Source: Nitrospirota bacterium
GTDB lineage: Bacteria > Nitrospirota > Nitrospiria > Nitrospirales > Nitrospiraceae
Reading direction: 5' to 3'
Length of the DNA stretch: 64,000 nucleotides
Assembly: GCA_963701855.1 (NCBI GenBank)
Contig: CAVPBK010000013.1
Coordinates: forward strand, 32,001-96,000
Part shown: piece after piece, positions 8,839 through 18,846 of the stretch
How positions within the stretch are numbered: the first letter of the stretch is position 1
How the letters are laid out: every line of letters begins with the position of its first letter
Notes under the pieces: generated by a model
Seen by the model: the letters and a program-made list of their open reading frames with translations, nothing else
What the model was told of the DNA's origin: nothing
Database searches by the model: none
Program-made: the position numbers and the translations under genes

Positions 8839-10667
8839 GTCCATCCAACCCGCCCGAACAGCTTCGCAAGCTCATCTATCGAAAGGCGAAACGCCGTGCG
8901 GCGCCCATGCGGGCAGGTCATAATCAATCCTTCTTGCACCCAATCGTGAATCAGCTGTTGAATTTCAGGAAGGGCCAAGGAGCGTCCGGCCCGCACCGCT
9001 CCATGGCAGGCCAGCGATGCCAAGACGGGTTGAACTCGCAGCTCCAGAGACGATGCACTGTCCCACTCTGTCACATCGTCAAGCAGATCCTGCACCAAGA
9101 CCGCCGCATCTATCTTGCCAAGCCCAACTGGCACTCCGCGAATCGCCACGGCCGTGGAGCCAAATGGTTCGATCAGAAGACCGAGCTTCTCCAGATCATC
9201 AGAGCATTTGAGCAACAGCATGCTCTGCGCCGCCGATAGCTCGATCGGCTCAGGAATTAAAAGCGGCTGCGAGGGGATATCCCGGCTCTGCCACCCACGC
9301 CAAAGCCGTTGAAAGAGGACACGCTCGTGCGCCGTATGTTGATCAATCACTTGGAGCTCTTCGCCCACCTGCGCCACGAGATAGGTCCGGAGGATTTGCC
9401 CGAACGGCATAATGTCTGGCTTCTCTGCTGGCTGATACGCTGCGGCTGCCTCGTGGGCGAAGGCCAACTGACTTCCCTCAGCAATGCCGGACAGCGACAC
9501 CATGTCATGACCACTGGCCAGGGAATCCTGCCTAAGAGCTGAGATCGAGGCTGCCGGATGAGAATCCTGGAACGATGAAGTCTGCCGCTCAGACGTGGGA
9601 GAGAAGCCCGGCGCCGTCTGCGACAACCCGGACGGCGTGAGACCCGACAGAACCTTCTGCTCGAAAATACCAAGTGCATGACGAACCGACTGGCGCACCA
9701 ACTGATGAAGCGCTTCTGTTTCCGCGAACCGCACTTCCTTTTTTGTGGGATGCACGTTGACATCGAGCCGATCCGGCTCGATGTCAAGAAAGAGCACGAA
9801 CGTCGGGCGAGACCCTTTGGGAAGAAACGATCCATACCCTTCCATGACCGCATGAAATACGGTCGCATTGCGAACGGGACGCCGGTTTACAAACAATTCC
9901 TGCGGTATTTTCGAGGACCGCGCATGGACAGGATCGACCATCACGCCGCGGATTGACAATCCCCCTGTCCTGCCTCGCACCTCAATGGTCCGATCGAGAA
10001 ACCCCTGGCGAAATACTTGGAGGATTCGATCGCGATCCGCTGTCACGGCAGGATAGTTCAGAACCTCCTGGCCGTTATTGGTCAAGCGAAAATGCACGGA
10101 TGGCCAAGCGAGGCCTGCGAGTTGCACAACATGGCTGATATGGGAGAACTCGGTCGTGGTCGATTTGAGAAATTTCTTCCTGGCCGGTTGGTTGAAAAAT
10201 AGATTGGAGACGTCGATCCGGGTTCCAGGAACGTGGGGCGCGTCCACGATTGCACTGGCGGCCCCTGCAACCAAGGTGAACTGCGACCCCACCATATCCT
10301 GCCTGGTTGCGGTCGTCACCAGCACATGGGAAACGGAGGCAATACTCGGTAACGCCTCGCCGCGAAAGCCCATCGTCGTCACCGAGGCGAGATCCCGATC
10401 GGATCGGAGCTTGCTGGTGGCGTGCCGCTCGAAGGCAAGGGGGAGATCGGTACGGTTGATCCCCTCTCCATCATCCGCAACTCGAATGAGGGCTAGTCCA
10501 CCATCTTTCACATCAATCGTAATGTGCAGAGCCCCTGCATCGAGGCTGTTTTCCAGTAATTCTTTGACGACGGCGGCAGGACGCTCGACAACCTCGCCGG
10601 CTGCGATTCGGCTGACTACGTCGTCTGTGAGGATATGGATCTTGGCGGAACGACTGGCGGCGGGCAT
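8835..10667 (-). CDS. mutL: DNA mismatch repair endonuclease MutL
   Basis: IAAGEVVERP, GFRGEAL, DVNVHPTK, DQHTAHER, CPHGR. Confidence 0.97.
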   Translation of the reverse strand: MPAASRSAKIHILTDDVVSRIAAGEVVERPAAVVKELLENSLDAGALHITIDVKDGGLALIRVADDGEGINRTDLPLAFERHATSKLRSDRDLASVTTMGFRGEALPSIASVSHVLVTTATRQDMVGSQFTLVAGAASAIVDAPHVPGTRIDVSNLFFNQPARKKFLKSTTTEFSHISHVVQLAGLAWPSVHFRLTNNGQEVLNYPAVTADRDRILQVFRQGFLDRTIEVRGRTGGLSIRGVMVDPVHARSSKIPQELFVNRRPVRNATVFHAVMEGYGSFLPKGSRPTFVLFLDIEPDRLDVNVHPTKKEVRFAETEALHQLVRQSVRHALGIFEQKVLSGLTPSGLSQTAPGFSPTSERQTSSFQDSHPAASISALRQDSLASGHDMVSLSGIAEGSQLAFAHEAAAAYQPAEKPDIMPFGQILRTYLVAQVGEELQVIDQHTAHERVLFQRLWRGWQSRDIPSQPLLIPEPIELSAAQSMLLLKCSDDLEKLGLLIEPFGSTAVAIRGVPVGLGKIDAAVLVQDLLDDVTEWDSASSLELRVQPVLASLACHGAVRAGRSLALPEIQQLIHDWVQEGLIMTCPHGRRTAFRLSIDELAKLFGRVGWT

Positions 10668-10733
10668 GAAGCTAGACTCCGGGGAACGCCAAAAATACGG
10701 GGGCCATCACGAACCGTTTCAATGGACATCCGA

Positions 10734-11522
10734 TCATCGAATTTCTGCCAACTTATTCTTAGCCAGCTTCGCCTCGTCCGACGTGGGAAACTCTTCGATG
10801 ACCCGTTTGAGATTCGTCTTTGATTTGGCGAGATCTCCGGTTTCTCCCGCCGCCAGTCCTAATTTAAACAGCGCCGCCGGCACCTTCTCGTTTCCCGGAT
10901 ACTCTGTTGAAAGATACTCGAACGATTGCATCGCACGCACGTAATCTTTCTGCTGATAGGAGGACTCTCCCAACCAGTAGTAGGCATTCGGCGTCAGCGA
11001 CGTACCGGGGAAATCTTTTACAAATCGCTGAAAGCCCGCCACGGCAAGATCGTATTTCCCATTGAGATAGTCGTTATACGCCAGATTGAACGCCGACGTC
11101 GGAGTAATTGAGGAAATGCCGGGCATCGTTGTCGGCGCATCTGCCGCGGAGACCGGCTTCTGTGGTTTAGAGAGACGAGCAGGGTCAACTTGAGACGGCT
11201 CCACCTTGGGCATAACCGGAGCACCCGATGTCTCGTCGAGTTTGGCCAACCGACCCTCTATCTTTTGGACCCGTACAGACAGTTCATCGAACTTCGGATC
11301 GAGCTTCTGTCTAGCGGACTCGCTATCCTTCACCCGCTCCAGCGACTCCAACCGTCGTTGCAGCGCATCCAGCCGTTTTTGATCTTGTTCCTGAGACTTC
11401 GACACCGTCGCCAAGTGATCACGCAATCCCACAAAATCTGCGTGATTGGCGCATCCGGAGAGCCACAGCATCGCCCCGGCCATGAGAATGGCCGATCCCC
11501 TTGAACCTGCTTTTTTGCGCAT
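10734..11522 (-). CDS. cpoB: Tol-Pal system protein CpoB/YbgF (lipoprotein form)
   Basis: LSGC lipobox, coiled coil, TPR with NAYYWLGE and KVPAALFKLG; downstream of pal. Confidence 0.85.
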   Translation of the reverse strand: MRKKAGSRGSAILMAGAMLWLSGCANHADFVGLRDHLATVSKSQEQDQKRLDALQRRLESLERVKDSESARQKLDPKFDELSVRVQKIEGRLAKLDETSGAPVMPKVEPSQVDPARLSKPQKPVSAADAPTTMPGISSITPTSAFNLAYNDYLNGKYDLAVAGFQRFVKDFPGTSLTPNAYYWLGESSYQQKDYVRAMQSFEYLSTEYPGNEKVPAALFKLGLAAGETGDLAKSKTNLKRVIEEFPTSDEAKLAKNKLAEIR

Positions 11523-11527
11523 CACAG

Positions 11528-12982
11528 TTATCGCGACTCCTTTAACTGGGTTAGTTTATCGGATGCTTTCCCTGCCTCGGGAGTCCGTGGATACAACGTC
11601 ACCACCTGTTTGAAAGCCGAAGACGCGCGCTTCTTATCTTTCATCGCCAAGTACGCGTACCCTTTCTTCAAAATCGCCGCCGGCACTTTCTCGCTCTGAG
11701 GGAAATCCAGTTCGACGCGGTCATAGGAGTCAATCGCCTGTTTATAATCTTTTTTCCCATAGTGCGATTCACCGAGCCAATAGCGCGCATTGGGGGACAG
11801 ATCCGAATTCTCATAGTCACGCAAAAATGCGGCGAACCCCTGCCGGGCTCCATCCAAGTCTCCATCACGAAACAGCGCCAGGAGACGTTCATACTCGACT
11901 TTATCGGGGCGTTCACTACTCTGACTGACCTGCGGTCGCGGCGACTCCTCGGTCTCAGCTGCCAACGTCGCCCCTTCAGCTTGCGCAGAGAGCGAAGCCG
12001 AAGGCATTTCCTGCTCAGCCGTTGGGGTTTCAGACGAAGGCACCGCTCCCAATCGGTGTGCCGGCTTGGTGGGTGACTGTCGCGCCCCTCCCTTGTTTCC
12101 CCGTACATGCGCACCCTGATCAACGGCCTTTGAGAGGGCATCTAGACGACGATCCTGTTCATCGAAGCGAGCAGCAAATTTCTGCGCAACAGATGCGACA
12201 CTCTTATTGACCTCGCCTAAATGACCGGTCACTGCTTTGTTCATCTCATTGATATGAGTTGCCGAGGCTTTGCTTGCCTGCTCTTCTTGGCTCACCCGCT
12301 CGCTCAATCCTGTCAGTGAATCCCTGAATGCCGCTAAGGACTGACTGAATTGTACGAATTTTGCCGACAACTGTTCGTCCCGAACCTGGTTATCCGCCAG
12401 CGTCTTATGCTGTTCCTCCAAACGCACGTCAAGACTCTTGGCGAGTCCGCTGTTTGTCTTCTGCACAACCTCGATGATCTCTTTTCGCACCACCTCCATC
12501 TGTCGGGTCACGTCGTCAAGGCGAGCATTCACATCCATGCGAAACTGATCGCGATCCTGCTTGTTTTTGACATCTTGCGCATTCAGGCTCTCGCGCGCCT
12601 GGTTGTAGCGAGTCGCGCTATCCGCTTCCAGCTTGCCGGCCAACTGTTCGAGCCGCTTGGTTTGCTGCTCAAGTTGCGCAGAGCGCTGCTTGAGATCTTC
12701 CTGTTTGCCTTGGAGCTCCTGAGCCTGATGCAACGCCCGCTCCAGTTCGCCACGTAACTGCGGCAGCTCCTGTTCCCGAAGCACCGAAATCTCCTGACTC
12801 TGTCGCGCGCGGGTTTGTGCAGACTCATCGCTCGACTGCTTGATGCGCTGCTGAAGATTCTTCTCGGTCTGTTTGAGATCGGCTTGTTGGGCAATGCAGC
12901 CGGTCGACAACAAAACACAGGTTGTAAAGATCGCTGTCCAGGCTCCCTTAGTATCCGAATGGTTCCACATTGTTCCACCCAT
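11528..12982 (-). CDS. CpoB/YbgF-like protein with extended coiled coil
   Basis: STGC lipobox-like motif, long coiled coil, C-terminal NARYWLGE..KVPAAILKKG. Confidence 0.8.
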   Translation of the reverse strand: MGGTMWNHSDTKGAWTAIFTTCVLLSTGCIAQQADLKQTEKNLQQRIKQSSDESAQTRARQSQEISVLREQELPQLRGELERALHQAQELQGKQEDLKQRSAQLEQQTKRLEQLAGKLEADSATRYNQARESLNAQDVKNKQDRDQFRMDVNARLDDVTRQMEVVRKEIIEVVQKTNSGLAKSLDVRLEEQHKTLADNQVRDEQLSAKFVQFSQSLAAFRDSLTGLSERVSQEEQASKASATHINEMNKAVTGHLGEVNKSVASVAQKFAARFDEQDRRLDALSKAVDQGAHVRGNKGGARQSPTKPAHRLGAVPSSETPTAEQEMPSASLSAQAEGATLAAETEESPRPQVSQSSERPDKVEYERLLALFRDGDLDGARQGFAAFLRDYENSDLSPNARYWLGESHYGKKDYKQAIDSYDRVELDFPQSEKVPAAILKKGYAYLAMKDKKRASSAFKQVVTLYPRTPEAGKASDKLTQLKESR

Positions 12983-13055
12983 TTATATAAAGGAATCCCC
13001 TACTTCTCTCTCTCAGACAATGGAATCACAACCGCTACGATAAAGAACGCGTCGC

Positions 13056-13727
13056 CTACTTCCCGGTCTTCACCGCAAGATGTCCTCGCCGATTCTGCTG
13101 ATAGCACGACTCTGCATGTTCATTGCAGGATGGTCGCTCTTTTCCATACGATACCACGGACAGACGATTGGCACTGACACCAAGTTCGACCAGATAGTTC
13201 CGGGCAGCCTTCGCCCGTTTTTCACCGAGGACAAGATTGTAGGCAGTGGTCCCGCGCTCGTCACAGTGCCCTTCGACCTTGACCAGCGTGCTCTGGTTGG
13301 ACTTCATCCACTCGGCATCGCGAGCCAACGATTGACGTCCATCCTCGGAAATCACCCAGCTGTCATAGGCGAAGAACACATCTCGCAAGCCCGCTGCGGC
13401 TGAAGCGGCCTGCTCAGCCCTGATCTCATCCATTTGTCGTCCGGCACTGCTGGAGGGATCCACTTTTGCCAGCATCGTACCACCGCCCACTCGCTCTTCC
13501 GAAGGGTTCTTGTCGAGACCCCGGAGCCCACCGCCACCCGACTGAACGCCGGTGTCTGGAAAGCTGCCGACACCGGACCTAGGACTATCTGTCCCTCCCT
13601 TTGCCATCCCTTGAGCAGACTGGGAGTCGCTACCGGACTGTACGGATTTTTTAGAGCAGCCAGGCATACCAATCAATGCCATGCTCATCACCAGGGCCGC
13701 CCCATATAAATAGACCGTCTTGTTCAT
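13056..13727 (-). CDS. pal: Peptidoglycan-associated lipoprotein Pal
   Basis: MPGC lipobox; FFAYDS, EGHCDERGTTAYNLVLGEKRA, SYGKERP, QNRR. Confidence 0.95.
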   Translation of the reverse strand: MNKTVYLYGAALVMSMALIGMPGCSKKSVQSGSDSQSAQGMAKGGTDSPRSGVGSFPDTGVQSGGGGLRGLDKNPSEERVGGGTMLAKVDPSSSAGRQMDEIRAEQAASAAAGLRDVFFAYDSWVISEDGRQSLARDAEWMKSNQSTLVKVEGHCDERGTTAYNLVLGEKRAKAARNYLVELGVSANRLSVVSYGKERPSCNEHAESCYQQNRRGHLAVKTGK

Positions 13728-13806
13728 ACCTCTATCTCCTTTATCCCAGGTTAGTTATCTCTAGAACTTATCCCTTGATTCATCCAGCACGGTCAATCTC
13801 TTAGAC

Positions 13807-15147
13807 TCATGATGCCGGAGACCAGGAGGGCGCACTATTGTGCGTGCCCTGGAAGGTAAGCCGTTCTATGTCCTTACCATCGGCATCAATCATATAGATC
13901 TGGCTCTTTCCATCGGACGTTGAACTGAACACCAAATGCCGGCCATCCGGCGACCAGGAGGGTGAATCATCGACACCAGGTCCTGTCGTCAATTGCATTC
14001 GCTTTTGTCCATCCGGCGAGATGACACAGAGTTTATACTCTCTATGCGTCCGGCACACATAGGCGATCCAGTTCCCGCGCGGCGACCACACCGGCGCCGC
14101 ATTGTAATCGCCTTCAAACGTCAGGCGGCGCACGTTCGACCCATCTGACCCCATCAGGAACAACTGCGGCCCGCCACCTCGATCTGACACAAACACCAAC
14201 TCTCTCCCATTCGGAGACCAGGAGGGAGATAAGTCGCCGGACGGGTTTACAGTCAATCGTTGAATGGCTTTTGTTCTTGTATCCAACCGATAGAGTTCGG
14301 AATTGCCTTCGTGGCTGGAGGCAAACGCCAGGAAGTTCCCATCAGGAGACAATGACGGAGTGATGTTCAGTCCCCCCAGGGAAATCACCGTCCATCGCTT
14401 GCCCGTTGCCAACTCGATCATGTCGATATCCTGCGAATTGCGATTGCGATAGGCGGTGAAGATCAGGAACCGGCGATCGGGAGACCATTGCGGCATGAGG
14501 TTCAGAAATCCATCAGCGGTGAGTTGGCGCGTATCGTGGCCATCGTAATCCATCACGAACAACTCTCGAGCAGCACCCTGTTCAGCCACATACGCGATCT
14601 TCGTCCGCGCGATGCCCGGCTCGCCCGTATAACGAAATACCAACTCGTCGGCAAAGCGGTGCGCCATCAGCCGCACAACTGAGGTCGATCCAACATAGCG
14701 CTTCCCCCCCACGAGTTCATCGCTGCCGCTGTCATAGACGAAGCCCTCCATATTCACGTCGGCTTCTTTGTCTGTCCCTTTCAGCCCTGCTTTTCCCCAG
14801 ACCAACACCGAGACACCCTTCTCAGCCGCCTGCCTAAATATGGCTTTAGAACCGGCCCCCGTCCCGTTGCCGATATCGGGTGTTTGAATTCCAAGACTGG
14901 GCAAATCCACCAGATCGAAAACCAAGGAGCGCTTCACATCCTTTTTGAGAACTTCTTCAATCCGCCCCCCCAACCAATCGGGGCCGCCCGCGTTTTGTAT
15001 TCCCGCCACACCCAGGGCAATCTTTTGGAAGTCGGGACGAGTGGCTTCGAGGAACACATCCGCTGCCCCGGACTCAAGAGTGCCGACAACTCCTGCGAGC
15101 AACAACACTCCCCCAACCCAGGCACTGATTAACTTCAGCTGTGTCAT
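13807..15147 (-). CDS. tolB: Tol-Pal beta-propeller protein TolB
   Basis: AHRFADE, TKIAYV, repeated PSWSPDG (PD40) motifs. Confidence 0.94.
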   Translation of the reverse strand: MTQLKLISAWVGGVLLLAGVVGTLESGAADVFLEATRPDFQKIALGVAGIQNAGGPDWLGGRIEEVLKKDVKRSLVFDLVDLPSLGIQTPDIGNGTGAGSKAIFRQAAEKGVSVLVWGKAGLKGTDKEADVNMEGFVYDSGSDELVGGKRYVGSTSVVRLMAHRFADELVFRYTGEPGIARTKIAYVAEQGAARELFVMDYDGHDTRQLTADGFLNLMPQWSPDRRFLIFTAYRNRNSQDIDMIELATGKRWTVISLGGLNITPSLSPDGNFLAFASSHEGNSELYRLDTRTKAIQRLTVNPSGDLSPSWSPNGRELVFVSDRGGGPQLFLMGSDGSNVRRLTFEGDYNAAPVWSPRGNWIAYVCRTHREYKLCVISPDGQKRMQLTTGPGVDDSPSWSPDGRHLVFSSTSDGKSQIYMIDADGKDIERLTFQGTHNSAPSWSPAS

Positions 15148-16142
15148 CCTACCGACTCTCCAACTCGAAACACCATCTCTACATCTTTGTGACTATCTGC
15201 CATATCGGCAGGAAACAGGGGTAGGACTCGTGGCCGCAGCACGGCGCGCTGGCCCGCTATATCAAAATACGCATTCCCGGACGACTGTTGTACGACCACG
15301 TCTTTAATCGTCCCATCCCGTTGAAGCCGAAACTTGATGATCACCGTATAGGTTTGTCCCGCCATATCGATCGGAGGCGGCTCCCACTGGCTACTAATAA
15401 TAGACTGTACCCGCGCCCAGTAGGGATTCGACCCAGCCGAACCGGAAATCTTCAGAGCCGTCTCGGGAGCCTTGACTGTTGGAACTTTTACCTCCTGCTG
15501 GGGCACCGGTTTGACTGACATTTCACTCGGCTTCACCTCTTTTGGAATATCCAGCTTGGCCGCAGGCTGAAACTGTTTGACCTTTTTCAGTTCTTCTTCT
15601 AGTTCCCTACTCACATCCTCGCTGACCGAAGACCGTTGCAGAACCTTTGCAACCGGGGCTTGCACCACATCCGGCACATGGGGGATATCGAGCACCTTCG
15701 CCGCCTGCTGAGGCTGTCCCGCCGACTTTGTTGCAGGACTCAAGTCTCCGAACTTCGGCGCATCCGGTGGAAGCTCAAGATCCCGCAACATGTCCCTTCT
15801 TTTCTCGCCTACTGGAGGCACGGCAGCCAAGACTGCGCTGGGGATCACCGCCTTGACTAACGGGACAGGAATCGGCTTCGGATCTGAAACTTTCGCAGAC
15901 TCGACAGGCTTCACCGATTCAGCTTGCCTCACAGGCGTCGGCAGACTGACCAGCGACACCTCCACAGACGTCAAAGGCCGTTCACCCTGTTGTGGAAGTC
16001 GAAGCCCTGCCACCACGAGCAGGACAACCACATGCACGACGAGCGACAGCGCCAATGTTCGCTTGAGTCGAGCTGACAGTCTGGATTGATCGTCCCGATC
16101 GAACCCCATACCCGACAAGAGCGATACCTGGGACGCCATCAT
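15144..16142 (-). CDS. tolA: TolA/TonB-family energy transducer
   Basis: N-terminal TM with SLVVH, Pro/Lys-rich linker, TonB_C-like SSGNAYFD; between tolR and tolB. Confidence 0.8.
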   Translation of the reverse strand: MMASQVSLLSGMGFDRDDQSRLSARLKRTLALSLVVHVVVLLVVAGLRLPQQGERPLTSVEVSLVSLPTPVRQAESVKPVESAKVSDPKPIPVPLVKAVIPSAVLAAVPPVGEKRRDMLRDLELPPDAPKFGDLSPATKSAGQPQQAAKVLDIPHVPDVVQAPVAKVLQRSSVSEDVSRELEEELKKVKQFQPAAKLDIPKEVKPSEMSVKPVPQQEVKVPTVKAPETALKISGSAGSNPYWARVQSIISSQWEPPPIDMAGQTYTVIIKFRLQRDGTIKDVVVQQSSGNAYFDIAGQRAVLRPRVLPLFPADMADSHKDVEMVFRVGESVG

Positions 16143-16166
16143 CACCGGCCTCTCGAACAGATTGCG

Positions 16167-16619
16167 TCAACTTTTTCGCAACGGGAGACGCGGAGCTTGC
16201 GATGACCCCACACGCTCGGGACCAACTGGCTCCGTAACCATCCCAATTTTCTCAATCCCGGCTTTCTTGACGCCGTCCATGACTTGCACCACAACGCCGT
16301 ATGGCACGTCACGATCCGCCCTGAGATAGAGGGACACATCGGGATGGTCTCGTTTCAAGATTTTCAATTTCTGTTCCAGCTGGGCCACCCCGACAGGATC
16401 TTTGTCGAGATACAGTCGTTGATCTTTTTCAATCGTGAGCACCGTGCGCATGTCCGGTTTGATGGTATTCGAAGCAGAAGTCGGTAGCTTAATGTCCATC
16501 CCCCGGTACAACATCGGCGCAGTGACCATGAAAATCACCAAGAGGACGAGAACCACATCGACGAGGGGGATAACGTTGATCTCTGCCAGAAATCGGCGGT
16601 GACGGGACTCCAGGGTCAT
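16167..16619 (-). CDS. tolR: TolR/ExbD
   Basis: EINVIPLVDVVLVLLVIFMVTAP, LRADRDVPYG. Confidence 0.9.
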   Translation of the reverse strand: MTLESRHRRFLAEINVIPLVDVVLVLLVIFMVTAPMLYRGMDIKLPTSASNTIKPDMRTVLTIEKDQRLYLDKDPVGVAQLEQKLKILKRDHPDVSLYLRADRDVPYGVVVQVMDGVKKAGIEKIGMVTEPVGPERVGSSQAPRLPLRKS

Positions 16620-17321
16620 CCTTGAACTCCGACCGGAATTGGTTTCTTCTTCGATGAAGAGATCGAGAGGGATGACAGAATCTCAATGGTAACCGAATCC
16701 AATCGGAATGCCGTCCTGCGAATCCGGCTGAGGAAGTAGTTATAGGCAATGACCGCTGGGATAGCGGTGAACAGACCGGCTGCCGTCGCGACTAACGCTT
16801 CCGCAACGCCGGGAGCGACAGCGGAAATACTGGCGGTTCCTTGGGTGCCGATTTCACGAAACGCATCGATGATTCCCATCACGGTCCCGAGCAATCCGAC
16901 AAACGGTGTAATGTTTCCCGTCGTAGCAAGGAACGGGAGATAGGTCTCGAGGCGGGAGAGCTGGCTCTGTGCCAGATGAGAGGCGGCCCGCTCTATCACA
17001 TGGTGATCAACTGGTCCTGTGCTGGCGCCGTTCCTCCCCTCACCCCGTTCAGCTCCTACACGTTCCATCACCCCTTCAAATACGACCGCGCTAGGACTCC
17101 CTTCGATTCGTCGAACTTGCCGATATAGCTCGTCGAGATCTCAGAGTTTTTACTAAGAGTGCTAAGAACTGCTTATCCTCGCGGTCTGCCACACTAAACG
17201 CACGCCATTTCGAGAAAATAACAGCCCACGAGAAAACTGAGAAGACGAGCAGGAGCAAGAGGACAACTTTTGAAACCGCGCCGAGCGAACCGACCAGTCC
17301 GATTAAACCCGTTTGAAACAT
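16616..17321 (-). pseudogene. tolQ: TolQ/ExbB proton channel split by a +1 frameshift near 17143 (possible sequencing error)
   Basis: The N-terminal half (SVFSWAVI) and C-terminal half (PFVGLLGTVMGI, APGVAEALVATAAGL) join if one base is removed at AAAACTCTGAGATCTC. Confidence 0.85.
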
Positions 17322-17395
17322 GCGGCGATAACCTCTCCAGGCTCTAAAAAGCACTCACTGCTCTACCTGCGGAGTCTAACAGACACAGGAGAAAA

Positions 17396-17472
17396 TGGCG
17401 GGGCCGACGGGATTTGAACCCGCGACCTCCAGATTGACAATCTGGCGTCCTAACCAGCTGAACGACGGCCCC
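17396..17472 (-). tRNA. tRNA-Asp(GTC)
   Basis: Minus strand GGGGCCG...CCAGA-TTGTCAA-TCTGG...GGTTCAAATCC...CGGCCCC-GCCA, 77 nt with encoded CCA. Confidence 0.96.
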
Positions 17473-17591
17473 TTAAAACTCTACGTATAGCGGAAGATGT
17501 GAGTGACAAGACTATATCTAGCGGTTTGTCCCGTCTGAAGTTCTTATTTTCGTATTCTATTCTGTCCTGTCCCCTTAACCCAGCATTTCCC

Positions 17592-17667
17592 TGGTAGGCG
17601 GAACAGGGATCGAACCTGCGACATCCACCGTGTAAAGGTGGCGCTCTGCCAACTGAGCTATCCGCCC
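17592..17667 (-). tRNA. tRNA-Val(TAC)
   Basis: Minus strand GGGCGGA-TAGCTCAG...CCACC-TTTACAC-GGTGG...GGTTCGATCCC...TCCGCCT-ACCA, 76 nt. Confidence 0.96.
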
Positions 17668-17690
17668 GATTTCGTTAGCAACCTTGGCGG

Positions 17691-17719
17691 ATGCTACCAA
17701 CTCCACTTCCCCTTGTCAA
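17691..17719 (-). promoter_or_regulatory. sigma70 promoter of the tRNA-Val/tRNA-Asp (and possibly tol-pal) unit
   Basis: TTGACA-17 nt-TAGCAT about 24 nt upstream of tRNA-Val. Confidence 0.7.
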
Positions 17720-17790
17720 TCGAATCTCGCACTCTTCTTGCATTTTTCGGTCGCTGCGCACTCCGCTCATTATGAGTTGCCTCTCCTCGA

Positions 17791-18712
17791 TTATTTTTTT
17801 TGCCTCTGGTGGGGCCGGCCCACCCGAGGAAAATACCTGTCATGGACCCGCTTTAGAACGTCCCCGTTCAATGTGCGTGTAGATCTGCGTCGTCGCAATA
17901 TTCGCATGGCCGAGCATCACTTGAACAGACCGAAGATCCGCGCCGCCTTCAAGCAGATGCGTCGCAAACGAATGCCGAAGCATGTGCGGCGAGATCACCT
18001 GTCTAATTCCTGCTCTCTGTGCACGGCGTCGCAGCAATTTCCAAAAGGCTTGTCGCGTCAATGGCCCGCCCCGCCTCGACACAAACACATACCGTGAAAC
18101 CCGCTTCTTGAGAAGTCGTGGCCGCGCCTCTTCCACATACTGCTGCAGCAGCTGTCGAGCCCTCTCACCCACCGGCACAAGGCGCTGCTTCGCGCCCTTG
18201 CCGGTGACCCGGAGGTATCCGACATCGAGATTCACCAGCGCCATTTCAACCATTACCAGTTCCGACACGCGAAGCCCCGTTGCATAGAGCAACTCCAACA
18301 TCGAGCGATCACGCAGATCTTCAAGGGTCGGGACTGCCCCCAAATCTAACAACGCGGTGACATCCTGCTGCGATAGAGCTTTCGGCAGTCGAACGGCTCG
18401 CGATATCGGGGCCAAACCAATGGTAGGATTCTCCTCGATCATCCGTTCCCGCATCAGAAACTGGAGCCATCCACGAATAGCAGAGAGACAGCGTAGGGAA
18501 GAAGCGCGAGACAATCGTGCCTCGTGCATGAAACGGAGAAATCCCGTCAATGTCTCCGGCATAAGAGGCCCGATCGGCACGACACCGATTCGCTGCAAAT
18601 AGGAATGAAACTTATGCAGGTCGCGACGGTAGGCTTCGATTGTATTGACGGACAGACCGCCCTCTACCCGGAGATGGCTCAAATATCGCTCTGCTAGCGG
18701 ATGTAACATCAT
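17791..18712 (-). CDS. xerD: Tyrosine recombinase XerD; +1 frameshift at about 17857 alters the C-terminal tail (apparent stop at 17840)
   Basis: LYATGLRVSEL, GKGAKQRLVP, SPHMLRHSFATHLLEGGADLRSVQVMLGH, TTQIYTH; removing one base restores RLKRVHDRYFPR. Confidence 0.9.
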
Positions 18713-18777
18713 CTTTTGCCATGATAGCCAACGCTGATACTGAACACAACGAGCCCTGCGGGCCATGGGGGTTTACC

Positions 18778-18806
18778 TTGACACCCCACAGGGTTTCCGA
18801 TAGTAG
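18778..18806 (+). promoter_or_regulatory. Putative sigma70 promoter for the LppC-like/M50/trpS operon
   Basis: TTGACA-17 nt-TAGTAG, then an AGGAG RBS before 18847. Confidence 0.55.
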
Positions 18807-18846
18807 TCACATGCGAATGACATAGCCGTCAGACCGCCAGGAGCTC

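Noticed and set aside
17791..18766. Tyrosine recombinase beside two tRNAs as an island integrase or the array's IntI
   Set aside because: It has canonical XerD motifs, lacks the IntI-specific insertion, has no duplicated tRNA end nearby and is flanked by core genes.
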